From: a virus
Length of the DNA stretch: 64,000 nucleotides
Virus record (IMG/VR): IMGVR_UViG_3300010274_000002
Direction: 5' to 3' (one strand)
Below are positions 1-9,834 of the stretch, piece by piece. Both the position numbers and the translations under genes were made by a program. The notes beneath the pieces were generated by a model. It was not told the DNA's origin. It saw only the letters and a list, made by a program, of their open reading frames with translations, and searched no databases. Position 1 is the first letter of the stretch. Each line of letters opens with the position of its first letter.

Positions 1-125
1 GGATCGGGGGCACTTTTCGTGCTACGATGCTAGCGTGGAGAAGAGCGGCGAGGAGCCGCTTATTCGTTTTCCGACGCGCAGAATTTCAAGGACACGCCCA
101 ACAACGGTCTCGAGGTCGTGGGAGC

Positions 126-1610
126 ATGCAGAAGGAAGACAAGACAGCATCCAAAGGCGTGGCAAGCGGTATTCCCGTATATTGCGCTTTCGACGAGCTG
201 GCAGACATCGGCTCGCTGAAGCCGCACCCGCGCAACCCGAACAGGCACCCGGAATCGCAGATAGTCCTTCTCGCCAAGATTATCAAGGCGCAGGGCTGGC
301 GCGCACCCATCACCGTCTCGAACCGCAGCGGGTACATCGTAAGGGGTCACGGGAGGCTTCTTGCGGCGCAGCTCCTCGGCGTCAAGCAGGTCCCCGTGGA
401 CAGGCAGGACTACGCGTCGGACGAGGAAGAGCTGGCGGACCTCATCGCGGACAACCGCATAGCCGAACTGGCCGAAATGGACAACACGATGCTAAAGGAC
501 GTCCTGGAGGAGCTCGACACGGGCGCCTTCGATATGGACCTCACGGGCTTCGCCGAGGACGCCCTCGAGGACCTGATGACGCAATTCCACGTCCAAGATG
601 AAGACGACGTGGAGGACGACTTCGACGTCGCGAAGGCGCTCGCCGAGATTGCCAAGCCGCGGATTTCGGAGGGCGAGGTTTGGACGCTTGGCAGGCATAG
701 ATTGATGTGCGGGGATTCCACCAAACGGGACACGTGGGAGCGCTTGTTCGGCGGCCAAAAGGCAGACCTCATAGTGACGTCGCCGCCTTACAACGTCGGT
801 ATCAAGTATGCCTCGTACAAGGACAAGCAGGCGAAAGACGAGTACCTCGGCATGATTGCCGCGGTCGGTGAGCTTATGTTCCAGCATCTCCGATCAGGGC
901 GGTACGTGGCCTGGAACGTGGGCGTGTCCCCCGACTCGTACCCTCACTACCATGTGGTGGTGCTCGAGGGTTGCGGCTTTGAATTCTACCGGCAGATCGT
1001 GTGGGAGAAAGCCGGGGTGCCGTACCCCATATTCCCGAGCACCCTCAGGGCCCGTCGGGCGCGCCATTATAAGCCGAACTACAAACACGAGGTTATCTAC
1101 CTCCTCGAGGCTCCCGCGGACGAGGTGAGCCTTCCGCTCGTGGAGTGCCCGGTGTGCGACGGCACGGGCCACGTGATGGGCCATGTGGCGCCCGTCACCC
1201 ACGAGATGCTCGTGCTCTTCGAGAAGGGCAAGGCCGAGCTCGGTGGCAGGATAAAGCCATCAAGGAAGTACGCGAACGACATCTGGCACATTGTCCAGAG
1301 CGCCGCCACTACCGACTTGCCGACCCTCGGGACAAAGTCGAGCGGGCTTGAGAAGAAGGGCAAGAAGTCGCACATGCTCAAGGCCCACCCGGCGGCGTTC
1401 CCGGTGGAGCTGCCGCGAGCCGTGATGCTGTTTCTCTCGAACGAGGGCGAAATCGTGTGCGATCCCTTCATGGGCGCCGGCGCGACGCTGATAGCAGCGG
1501 AAAAGATGGGACGGATAGCCTACGGCATCGAGCTCGACCCAATATACTGTGAACTTACAATGCAGCGGTGGGAGACGCTGACGGGCCAGAAGGCGGTGAA
1601 ACTCGAGTGA
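126..1610 (+). CDS. ParB-like N-terminal domain fused to N4/N6 DNA methyltransferase (beta class)
   Basis: N-terminal LKPHPRNPNRH...GHGRLLAA ParB-like motif; TSPPY catalytic motif precedes DPFMGAG SAM-binding motif; ATG at 126 preferred over ORF-track start 27; lies just upstream of terminase as is common in phages. Confidence 0.88.
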   Translation: MQKEDKTASKGVASGIPVYCAFDELADIGSLKPHPRNPNRHPESQIVLLAKIIKAQGWRAPITVSNRSGYIVRGHGRLLAAQLLGVKQVPVDRQDYASDEEELADLIADNRIAELAEMDNTMLKDVLEELDTGAFDMDLTGFAEDALEDLMTQFHVQDEDDVEDDFDVAKALAEIAKPRISEGEVWTLGRHRLMCGDSTKRDTWERLFGGQKADLIVTSPPYNVGIKYASYKDKQAKDEYLGMIAAVGELMFQHLRSGRYVAWNVGVSPDSYPHYHVVVLEGCGFEFYRQIVWEKAGVPYPIFPSTLRARRARHYKPNYKHEVIYLLEAPADEVSLPLVECPVCDGTGHVMGHVAPVTHEMLVLFEKGKAELGGRIKPSRKYANDIWHIVQSAATTDLPTLGTKSSGLEKKGKKSHMLKAHPAAFPVELPRAVMLFLSNEGEIVCDPFMGAGATLIAAEKMGRIAYGIELDPIYCELTMQRWETLTGQKAVKLE

Positions 1611-2110
1611 AGGAAACCCTGAAGCAGAAGGAGGCGTTCGAGCTTTACTACAGCCTTGGCGATAAGCGCTCGCTCATGTCAGTGGCGCGTCAGTGCGGTG
1701 TCAGTGAAAGGACAGTGGCTCGCTGGAGCAAGTTGTTCAACTGGCAGGAACGGGTCGAGCAGAGGGACATCGAGAATGCCCGGCGCCTCGAAGAGAAGAC
1801 CAACGAGACCGTTGTCGCGACCAAGGCGAACTACCGCAAGATCATCAAGGCCGCAATCGGCCGCTGGGTGAAGCGGTTCCAGGGCGGCGAGATCGACGTC
1901 GAAAGCGTGTGGGATCTGGAGCGACTCGTGAAGCTGGACCTCCTGCTGATGGGGGAACCGACTGACCGGTCGGAGCACGAGAGTCGAGTGACGGAGCGGC
2001 ATGAGTACGATATCGTCCAAAGAATCATCGCGGACCCTGAGGCCCGGGAGCTTGCAAGGCGCATCTATGTTCGGGTGGCTCCCGGACGAGAGGACGCTGG
2101 TCAGGGCTGA
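1607..2110 (+). CDS. terS: terminase small subunit (HTH)
   Basis: HTH-like RSLMSVARQCGVSERTVARWSKLFNWQERV; GTG overlaps the methylase stop; directly precedes the large subunit. Confidence 0.75.
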   Translation: MKETLKQKEAFELYYSLGDKRSLMSVARQCGVSERTVARWSKLFNWQERVEQRDIENARRLEEKTNETVVATKANYRKIIKAAIGRWVKRFQGGEIDVESVWDLERLVKLDLLLMGEPTDRSEHESRVTERHEYDIVQRIIADPEARELARRIYVRVAPGREDAGQG

Positions 2111-4514
2111 CCTCGTGAACTTTTGCCGGAAGGTGACTCGTGACCGGTGGCGGCCGGCGCTGCACCTCGTGATCCTTGCGGACAAGCTGATGGACCTCGC
2201 CTGCGGGCGGATAACGCGGCTGATGGTCTTTATGCCGCCGCGTCACGGAAAGAGTTACCTTTGCTCAAGGCTTTTCCCGGCATGGTATCTCATAAACAAC
2301 CCCGACAAGCGCGTGATACTCACGAGCTACGGCGCGTCGCTCGCCTTTACCTTCAGCCGGCGGGTCCGCGAGATAGTCCGGGAACACGGGCAGTGGCTTG
2401 CGGGTGTGGAGCTCGCGGACGACTCGAGCGCCGTCGACAGGTGGGACCTCAAGGGGCACGAGGGCGGCCTCGTGGCGGCGGGCGTCGGGGGTCCCATCAC
2501 TGGTCACGGCGGCGACATCGTGCTCGTGGACGACGTGATAAAGAACATCGCCGAAGCTAACTCGCGCACGTACCGCGAGGCCGTGTGGGACTGGTACGCC
2601 TCGACCCTGAGGACGAGGCTCGAGCCGGGAGCCGGGCTTGCAATCATAATGTGCTTGGCAAAGGGCAGTCGTGTGCTTATGGGCGATGGAACGTGGAAGC
2701 CCATTGAGCACATCAACCCTGGTGAAGAGGTGTGGTCCTGGAATGGAACGCGTTTCGTTCGTCAAGAGGTGACAGGTGTTTTTCCGCAAGGCATTGCCGA
2801 AACAATCACTGTCCGTACCGATCGTCATGCTATAACGGTTACGCCCGAACATCCGTTCTTGCGTAGTCGTGGTTTTCATAGTTACGAGTGGGTAGAAGCC
2901 CGTACATTGAAGCCTGGTGACCGTATACTCACGTTGCGCTCCGTGCCGACGCGGCGGAAATTGTGGCTGAAGGACTTGCGGCGTTATGCGACGCGCGAGG
3001 AGATCTGGTTGCTCGGCTATCTGTGGGGAGACGGGTGGGTAACGAAACACATACGGGCGAACGGAGGAGCACATTACGCTGTATGTTGTGCTCTTTCCAC
3101 AAGAGAAGACGAGAATCAGCGACTACAGGCAGGCCTGGCAAGATTGACAGGTGGAAACCCATATCGTACGAAATGCGGCTACATTAGAGTTGATTCAAAC
3201 GGAGGAGGCCGCTTATTAGAAAACCTCGGCCTGTTTCCTGGTGTTCGGGCGCCTTATAAGAAGTTGCCCGGGTGGGTGTTTACCCTCCGTTCCAGTGACA
3301 AGAGGGCTTTCTTGGAGGGGTTGCTGGCCGCTGATGGTCACAAGATGCCTCGTTGCAAAAGGAACGTATGGCGGCTAGTGAGTAGTAGCCGAGAGTTGGT
3401 GGAAGACGCAAGGTTGCTGGCCTTAACATGTTCGGTCAGGCCAACTAGGCTCCGTAGCCAAAAGGGACGATCGCGCCCACCACACAGTCGGGAAGTCAAG
3501 AGCTGGACAGCTTGGTCTGCTGATTTTCTTTTTGACAATGGCGGAAGCGGGCTTAGGTCGTGGCGAATTAAATCTATCGAGAAAGGCCTTGCACTTCCGG
3601 TATACGATTTACGTGTGAGCGGTACAGAGAACTTCGTGGCGGAGGGTTTCGTCGTTCACAATACGCGGTGGCATCACGAAGACCTTGCCGGCAGGCTTCT
3701 GGCTGAAATGGGGTCAGGGGGCGAGCAGTGGGAGGTGCTGAAGCTTCCCGCATTTGCCGAGGAGGGCGACCCTTTAGGCCGGGCGGCGGGCGAGCCGCTA
3801 TGGCCGGAGAGATACGACAAGAAAGCATTGGAGGACCTCAGGAACACCCTGGGGTCTTTCCTTTTCAGCGCGATATACCAGCAGTCGCCTCGCCGGTCGG
3901 AAGGCAACATGTTCCGGCGCGAGTGGTTCCGGTACTTCCGGGAGGAGGGCGACTGCTACGCGCTCTTCAAGCCGGGCGGCGAGCACAGGGTGAAGAAAAC
4001 GGACTGTTGGTTGTTCCAGACCGTCGACCCGGCGGCGACCGAGAAGGAGACGTCGGACTACTTTGCCTGCGGAACGTGGGCAGTGACGCCGGAGTCGGAC
4101 CTTCTTCTCGTGGACATGTTCAGAGAGCGGCTTGAGACGCCGAAACACAAGGCGCTCATGAAGGCGATGTACGCGAGATACATGCCGGCGTTCCAGGGCG
4201 TGGAGGAGAAGACATTCGGCCTCGCGCTCATACAGGACATGAGGCTCGAGGGCTTGCCCGTGGTCCCGCTCAAGGCGGACACGGACAAGGTTTCCCGCGC
4301 GTACCCCATAGCCGCCAGGTACGAGATGGGCGCCGTCTACCACCGGCAGGGAGCGCCGTGGCTTCGCGCGTACGAGGACGAGCTCGAGGACTTCCCGAAC
4401 GGCGCGCACGATGACATGGTGGACTGCGCCTCGTACGCCGCCGTGGTGCTCGCCCTGGACAGGGCAAGGCGGCAGCAGAGAAAGGGCGTCGGCAGAGCGA
4501 CGGTGATAGGGTAA
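2067..4514 (+). CDS. terL: terminase large subunit, intein-containing
   Basis: Walker A MPPRHGKS, Walker B LVDD, IIM|TRWH motif split by an intein, nuclease motifs VDPA and HDDMVD. Confidence 0.95.
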   Translation: MFGWLPDERTLVRADLVNFCRKVTRDRWRPALHLVILADKLMDLACGRITRLMVFMPPRHGKSYLCSRLFPAWYLINNPDKRVILTSYGASLAFTFSRRVREIVREHGQWLAGVELADDSSAVDRWDLKGHEGGLVAAGVGGPITGHGGDIVLVDDVIKNIAEANSRTYREAVWDWYASTLRTRLEPGAGLAIIMCLAKGSRVLMGDGTWKPIEHINPGEEVWSWNGTRFVRQEVTGVFPQGIAETITVRTDRHAITVTPEHPFLRSRGFHSYEWVEARTLKPGDRILTLRSVPTRRKLWLKDLRRYATREEIWLLGYLWGDGWVTKHIRANGGAHYAVCCALSTREDENQRLQAGLARLTGGNPYRTKCGYIRVDSNGGGRLLENLGLFPGVRAPYKKLPGWVFTLRSSDKRAFLEGLLAADGHKMPRCKRNVWRLVSSSRELVEDARLLALTCSVRPTRLRSQKGRSRPPHSREVKSWTAWSADFLFDNGGSGLRSWRIKSIEKGLALPVYDLRVSGTENFVAEGFVVHNTRWHHEDLAGRLLAEMGSGGEQWEVLKLPAFAEEGDPLGRAAGEPLWPERYDKKALEDLRNTLGSFLFSAIYQQSPRRSEGNMFRREWFRYFREEGDCYALFKPGGEHRVKKTDCWLFQTVDPAATEKETSDYFACGTWAVTPESDLLLVDMFRERLETPKHKALMKAMYARYMPAFQGVEEKTFGLALIQDMRLEGLPVVPLKADTDKVSRAYPIAARYEMGAVYHRQGAPWLRAYEDELEDFPNGAHDDMVDCASYAAVVLALDRARRQQRKGVGRATVIG
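2652..3662 (+). mobile_element. intein with LAGLIDADG homing endonuclease (337 aa)
   Basis: Starts CLAKGSRV, ends FVVHN followed by +1 Thr; LAGLIDADG-like GYLWGDG and EGLLAADG; removing it restores IIMTRWH; codon usage more A/T-rich than the flanks. Confidence 0.95.
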
Positions 4515-6079
4515 TGGAACTCTTGGCGAAAGCGACCGTGGTTGGGCAGGACGGCGGGCCGGCGATGCCGGTGTCGCACAGGATAGATGAGGACCCTTTT
4601 GCGGGCAGTTACGGGCTTGAAATCCTGGAGCCGCCGCTGCCTCTGAACAAGCTCGTCTCGATGCCGGAGATTTCGAACATCCTCGGCCAGTGCATCGAGG
4701 CGATGGAGACGAACATAGACGGCGTCGGATACACTCTCGTGCCGCTCGTGCAGCCGCCGAAGGGGGAGGACTATCCCGCGCACGTGCTCGAGGAGAAGAA
4801 GCGCATTCACCGGTTCTTCAAGTTCTGCAACCCGGAGACGTCCTTCACCGACATCCGGCGGGCGACGAGGAAGGACCTCGAGACGACGGGGAACGCGTAC
4901 TGGGAGCTCTTGAGGAACGCCAAGGGGGAGCTCGCCGGTATCGTCCACGTGCCGTCCTACACGGTCAGACTCACGAGGCTCGACGATGAGTACACGGACA
5001 TCAAGTACCTCGTCCTGAACGAGGACAACGAGTACGAGGAGCTGCCGTTCCGGAAGCGGTTCCGCCGGTACGTCCAGCTCGTCGGCGGCAAGAAGGTGTA
5101 CTGGAAGGAGCTCGGCGACCCGCGTGTGATAGACGCGAGGACGGGCAGGGTGGCGAGTCCCGACGACCCACGCGTTGTACCGGCCAACGAGATGCTCCAC
5201 TTCAAGATCTACTCGCCCAGGAGCCCGTACGGCATACCGCGCTGGGCCGGGAATCTCCTCTCGGTGCTCGGGTCGCGCGCGGCGGAGGAAATCAATTACC
5301 TCTACTTCGACAACAAGAGCGTGCCGCCGCTCGTGGTGCTGGTCTCGGGCGGGCACCTGGCGGAGGGCGTGCGCGAGAGGATAGAGACGTACGTCGAGGA
5401 GCAGCTGAAGGGCCGGGGCAACTTCCACAAGATCCTGGTGCTCGAGGCGGAGCCGGCGGACGAGACGCCGCTCGCCATGAACGCGGCGCGGCAGGTGAGG
5501 ATCGACCTCAAGCCGCTCGCGCAGCTCATTCAGCAGGACGCCCTCTTCATGCGCTACGACGAAATGAACAGGGAGAAGGTGCGCTCGGCCTTCCGGTTGC
5601 CTCCGCTTTACGTGGGTCTCGCGAAGGACTTCAACCGGGCGACAGCGGAAGAGGCCCGGGACATAGCCGAGGCGCAGGTATTCGGGCCGGAGAGGGACGC
5701 GTTCGATTTCGTGATCAACCGGCGCATATTTCCCGAGCTCGGGGTGAGGTATTGGGAGTTCAAGACGCTCTCGGCGCCTCAGGAGAACCCGGACCGCGAG
5801 TCGGAGATCGTGAAGAAGCTCGCGCCGTGGCTGACTGTGCGCGAGGTGAGGAACCTCGTCGAGCAGGTGCTGAAGATCGACCTTGCCGAGCTCGAAGGGC
5901 CTTGGCTGGACGAACCGCTCGACGTGTACTTGTCAAAGCTGAGAGCCGGCCTGAGCGGAGCGGAAGACCAGGTCGCGGCGGAAAGGCCTTCTGAGGCTGT
6001 CGAGAAGTTTGTAAAGTTCCTTGTGGCTGTGAGAAAGAGGCTGCAAGAAGATGTGGACGGCTCTCTTGACGAAGCGTGA
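4514..6079 (+). CDS. portal protein
   Basis: Follows terL; motifs YGIPRW, YFDNKSVP, AFRLPP typical of PBSX/HK97-type portals. Confidence 0.9.
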   Translation: MELLAKATVVGQDGGPAMPVSHRIDEDPFAGSYGLEILEPPLPLNKLVSMPEISNILGQCIEAMETNIDGVGYTLVPLVQPPKGEDYPAHVLEEKKRIHRFFKFCNPETSFTDIRRATRKDLETTGNAYWELLRNAKGELAGIVHVPSYTVRLTRLDDEYTDIKYLVLNEDNEYEELPFRKRFRRYVQLVGGKKVYWKELGDPRVIDARTGRVASPDDPRVVPANEMLHFKIYSPRSPYGIPRWAGNLLSVLGSRAAEEINYLYFDNKSVPPLVVLVSGGHLAEGVRERIETYVEEQLKGRGNFHKILVLEAEPADETPLAMNAARQVRIDLKPLAQLIQQDALFMRYDEMNREKVRSAFRLPPLYVGLAKDFNRATAEEARDIAEAQVFGPERDAFDFVINRRIFPELGVRYWEFKTLSAPQENPDRESEIVKKLAPWLTVREVRNLVEQVLKIDLAELEGPWLDEPLDVYLSKLRAGLSGAEDQVAAERPSEAVEKFVKFLVAVRKRLQEDVDGSLDEA

Positions 6080-9000
6080 CCGGCGCGAGGCCGCCGAGGC
6101 CATAGACTGCATCCTCGACTTTCTCGGTCTTGGCATTCGGAAGGCCGATCCGCTGGAGGAAAAGCTCTTCGGAAGGTGGGCGGCTCACGTGGAGGCGAGC
6201 GAGGCTTCCATCGTCAAGGTGGAGGCGGCGCTCGAGAAGCTTCTCCTCGGGTCGTGGAGCGCGCAGGCGCAGCAGGCCATCAAAGAAGCGGCCAAAGTGG
6301 TCGAGTCTTTCTCGGGGCCGCTCACACAAAACGAAGTGCAGCTTATCCTCGCGGCGGTCGCAAAGGCGATGGGTCCGGACTTCGCCAGCCTCACCAAAGA
6401 GGACGCGACCCGGCTCGTCGGCACGGCGTACCTCCTCGGGCGCAAGGTGACGGCGCAGGCGGTGGGTCTCAAGCCGAAGCTCGCGGTGGTGGACGAGGCG
6501 GCGAGGTCCATACTGACGGAGCACACGGTCTTCTGGATCGGGCAGCACTACGACGCCGCTCTCGGCGGGGAGATAGCCGGCATCGTGCGGGAACTCGCCT
6601 TGGAGAGCGGGCTCGGGCGGGTGGAGGTCGGCAGGAAACTCAAAGAAGCGCTCGGCGGTGTCTTCCCGAAGTCGGACGCCTACTGGCGTGGCCTTGCGGC
6701 TACGACGGTGACGCGCGCGAGGGCCATGGGAGCGGTCCAGAGCCTCGTCGAGGCGGAGGTCGAGGAATACGAGATCATGGCCATGCTCGACGAGAGGACG
6801 TGCGAGCTCTGCGCGCACCTGAACGGCAAGACCTTCAGGACGGAGCACGCCGTGGCTCTCCGCGACGCGCTGCTCGACGCGAACACGCCGGAGGACGTGA
6901 AGCAGATACATCCCTGGCGCACGCTCAAGGAAATCGAGGACTGGGACGAGGAGAAACTGGCCCGCGGCGGCCTCAGTACCCCTCCGTACCACTTCAACTG
7001 CCGATGCACGTACGTGGCGAAGACCTTCAAGGAGGTCGAGGGACAACCGCTCGCGATAGAGTTTCCTTCGCTTCAGCCGAAGAGCACCATTCCTGGCGCT
7101 GACGCACTTCGCTACGTGGGCAGCGGCGCCTATCTCGGCGGGGCGGGGGAGAAGCACATATACGAAGACGCCTCCGGCAACAAGTACATCTTCAAGCCCG
7201 CCGTGTCCAAGTGGGGCGTTCCCGAGGCGTTCAGGGCATACGTGCAGGAAGCGGCGTCCCAGATTGCCGCGAGGCTGTACGAGCCCGGCGAGTTCGTCGA
7301 GATCAAGGCGATGGAACTGCGGGGGCGGCTCGGGACCGTGCAGCCTTTGCTTGCGGGCGTCAAGGGCGACCTCAAGAGCATCCCGTGGCAGAGCTTGGGC
7401 CCCGAAGCGTGGAAGCAGATACAGCGCGAGCACGTCCTCGACTGGGTCATCGGGAACTTCGACAGCCACGCCGGCAACTTCATTTACCTGGACGGCGGGC
7501 GCGTGCTCGGAATCGACAAGGAGCAGGCGTTCAGGTACCTGTACGACCCGAAGTCGTGGAAGATGAGTCTTGACTATCACCCGAACGCGGTCTACGGGGA
7601 ACAGGAGCCGCTCTACAACACGCTGTATCGGGCCTTCGCGCAGAACAAGATAGACCTGGATCTCCAGGCGGTCCTGCCGGCGCTGCAACGCCTCGAGAGG
7701 ATACCCGATGACGAGTACAGGGCGATTCTACGACCGTATGCGGAGGCCCTGAAGGGCAAGGGCGCGGCGGCGGAGGACTTGCTGGACCGCGCGGTCAAGC
7801 GCAAGCACGAGGTGCGGGAGTGCTACCGCGAGTTCTTCACGAAGCTCCTGAAGATGCGCGATCCGCACTTCAAGGGCACGTTCAAGTTTCTCGACGAAGC
7901 GGTTCCGGGCGACTTGCAGGCGGCCCCGCTCGCCGCCAAGGTGCTGTCCAAGGCCGACCTCGAGGCCATGGACGTCGCGAGCCTCAAGAAGCTCGCCAAG
8001 GCGCAAAAGGTGCCTTACTACTACTACATGACGAAGGCCGAGCTTGTCGAGGTCTTGGACGACCCGGACAGGCTCACGGCGGTTACAGTGGTCGTCCGGG
8101 ACAGGGCGCGCGCTCGGTTGCAGGCGGCGCGAGGGACAAGGCAGGCGTTAGCACCGGCGGCCGGCGACGTGCTGGAGGACCTCGGGCGGGCGACGGCGCG
8201 CGGCGTCAGCACGCGCAAGGATAAGGACGTGCTCGAGGGCCAGCAGCTCAACGTCCGCCGCATTCAAGACGACGGCAGGCCTGGTTTCGAGCTCACGTGC
8301 AAGGTGACTCAGGAGTATCACGCCAGCGTCGAAAGCGCGCTGCGCAGGCTCGGGGCGAAAGATGCGCATTACATGTTTTACCGCGGCCGGTTGACCAGAC
8401 AGGCATTCAGCTTTACACGGTCGAGGGGTGAGCGGGTCGGAGAAGCGATTGTGCTTAGGTTGCCTGACGCTGAGATAGTATTCGGGCTGGACAAACGATA
8501 CCGGGCGTTAGCGGGCCAGTTGACGATTCGCATTTACGGTAATGACGGGGCTCGCGGCGCGCAGCGTTTCAAGGATTTGTTGGCGAATCTCGGTCTGGAT
8601 GTGTTGGCTCAAGACCCGACACCGGACGACGACCGGTTGCTTAGGCTGTCGCGTCTGGCTTGGCAGCACGCGCCGCGGGAAGAGTTCCAGACTCGCAGCA
8701 TGAGCAGGACCGCAGACGACTTGGAGGCCATGTTGCGCAGCAAAGGCGTCGACCCGACCCGGGCGGACAGACTCATGGAGCGCGAAGTGTGGCCCGGTTA
8801 TCGCACTTTCGTCGAAGAAGGGATATCGAAGAGGTACCAGTCGCTGGGCGCGGAGTATCTCTTCGCAGGCGTGGATGATGCCAGGTCGGTGGTCCAGATA
8901 CTGAGTCCCGACAGTCCGGGCCTCATGTCAACGTGCGAGAGGTACAGGGTCGGGATATTCGGGGGCGGAGCAAGCGAGTCGAGCGACATCGGCACGGGAG

Positions 9001-9401
9001 GCGCGGACAGCGCCTTCACTCGTCTTGTTCCTCGGAATGCGCGCGGAAAGCGCAGGTTTAGAGAATCATATAAAGGCTGGGGTTATCGGCTTATCATCGA
9101 TGTATCAGAGCTTGACCGGACGGATTGGTACGCATACGGCCACGACGCATTCGGGAAGACGTATGATTCCTTCGAGCGACGTCCCGCGGCTGAGGAGTTC
9201 ATTCAGCGGCTTAATCGTGAGTACAGGCCTCTCAACGAAGTCATGTTTCGCAAGGGTATCAGGAAGGAGAGCATCATTGGCATCACTTGTGATACGGATT
9301 CCATGCGGGATGCGCTACTGCGTGAATTCCGTTCCGACGGTATAATGGAGGTGAACGGGCGAAAAATCGAGGATTTTGTCAAGGTGCAGGAGATGGTGTG
9401 A
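6051..9401 (+). CDS. MuF/SPP1 gp7-like minor head protein with C-terminal kinase-like, HeH and unknown domains
   Basis: DERTCELC and PPYHFNCRC MuF motifs (~6790-7010); YIFKP...DWVIGNFDSHAGNF...GIDKEQAF kinase-like region; LKKLAKAQKVPYYYYMTKAELVEVL Rho-N/HeH-like motif. Confidence 0.85.
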   Translation: MWTALLTKRDRREAAEAIDCILDFLGLGIRKADPLEEKLFGRWAAHVEASEASIVKVEAALEKLLLGSWSAQAQQAIKEAAKVVESFSGPLTQNEVQLILAAVAKAMGPDFASLTKEDATRLVGTAYLLGRKVTAQAVGLKPKLAVVDEAARSILTEHTVFWIGQHYDAALGGEIAGIVRELALESGLGRVEVGRKLKEALGGVFPKSDAYWRGLAATTVTRARAMGAVQSLVEAEVEEYEIMAMLDERTCELCAHLNGKTFRTEHAVALRDALLDANTPEDVKQIHPWRTLKEIEDWDEEKLARGGLSTPPYHFNCRCTYVAKTFKEVEGQPLAIEFPSLQPKSTIPGADALRYVGSGAYLGGAGEKHIYEDASGNKYIFKPAVSKWGVPEAFRAYVQEAASQIAARLYEPGEFVEIKAMELRGRLGTVQPLLAGVKGDLKSIPWQSLGPEAWKQIQREHVLDWVIGNFDSHAGNFIYLDGGRVLGIDKEQAFRYLYDPKSWKMSLDYHPNAVYGEQEPLYNTLYRAFAQNKIDLDLQAVLPALQRLERIPDDEYRAILRPYAEALKGKGAAAEDLLDRAVKRKHEVRECYREFFTKLLKMRDPHFKGTFKFLDEAVPGDLQAAPLAAKVLSKADLEAMDVASLKKLAKAQKVPYYYYMTKAELVEVLDDPDRLTAVTVVVRDRARARLQAARGTRQALAPAAGDVLEDLGRATARGVSTRKDKDVLEGQQLNVRRIQDDGRPGFELTCKVTQEYHASVESALRRLGAKDAHYMFYRGRLTRQAFSFTRSRGERVGEAIVLRLPDAEIVFGLDKRYRALAGQLTIRIYGNDGARGAQRFKDLLANLGLDVLAQDPTPDDDRLLRLSRLAWQHAPREEFQTRSMSRTADDLEAMLRSKGVDPTRADRLMEREVWPGYRTFVEEGISKRYQSLGAEYLFAGVDDARSVVQILSPDSPGLMSTCERYRVGIFGGGASESSDIGTGGADSAFTRLVPRNARGKRRFRESYKGWGYRLIIDVSELDRTDWYAYGHDAFGKTYDSFERRPAAEEFIQRLNREYRPLNEVMFRKGIRKESIIGITCDTDSMRDALLREFRSDGIMEVNGRKIEDFVKVQEMV

Positions 9402-9402
9402 C

Positions 9403-9834
9403 TTGATTAGCAATCGCCTGTTGTATTCGGTGGAGGGGCAATATCTCGGTATGTCCTTCGAATTGCTGGCTATAGGGGTGGTGGTCGACGGCGGTTACGT
9501 TACGTTTCACGACACCGTTCGCCAGCGAGGCTTTGAGGGACACGTCGAGAAGGAGACACCGGACGGTTTCGTGTGGCATCGCAAGTGCACCACTCTCGAA
9601 GGCTTTGATCTGGACGAGATGTATGTCTTCCGCGTGCTCACGGTAAAGGAGTACGACCGCAGGGTAAGGCCGACGGTGTCGGGCAATCCGCCGCGGTTTC
9701 GGTCCGACGCCGAGCTGCACGAGTATTATCGTAGGAGATTTCTTGGGCCGTCCGTCGTTGACTGGGAGCTGATGCAGGAAGCGGAAGAGAGCAAAACAGG
9801 AGAGCACGAGACAAAAGAGGGCGAGCGCAAGTGA
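9403..9834 (+). CDS. hypothetical protein, candidate immunity/partner of the MuF C-terminal domain
   Basis: TTG start 1 nt after the MuF stop; protein-like ORF; role inferred from position only. Confidence 0.6.
   Translation: MISNRLLYSVEGQYLGMSFELLAIGVVVDGGYVTFHDTVRQRGFEGHVEKETPDGFVWHRKCTTLEGFDLDEMYVFRVLTVKEYDRRVRPTVSGNPPRFRSDAELHEYYRRRFLGPSVVDWELMQEAEESKTGEHETKEGERK

Noticed and set aside
4337-7688. Long antisense ORFs (4337-5428, 5760-7688; likewise 33681-34976, 26948-28177)
   Set aside because: Shadows of high-GC sense genes; no motifs or RBS
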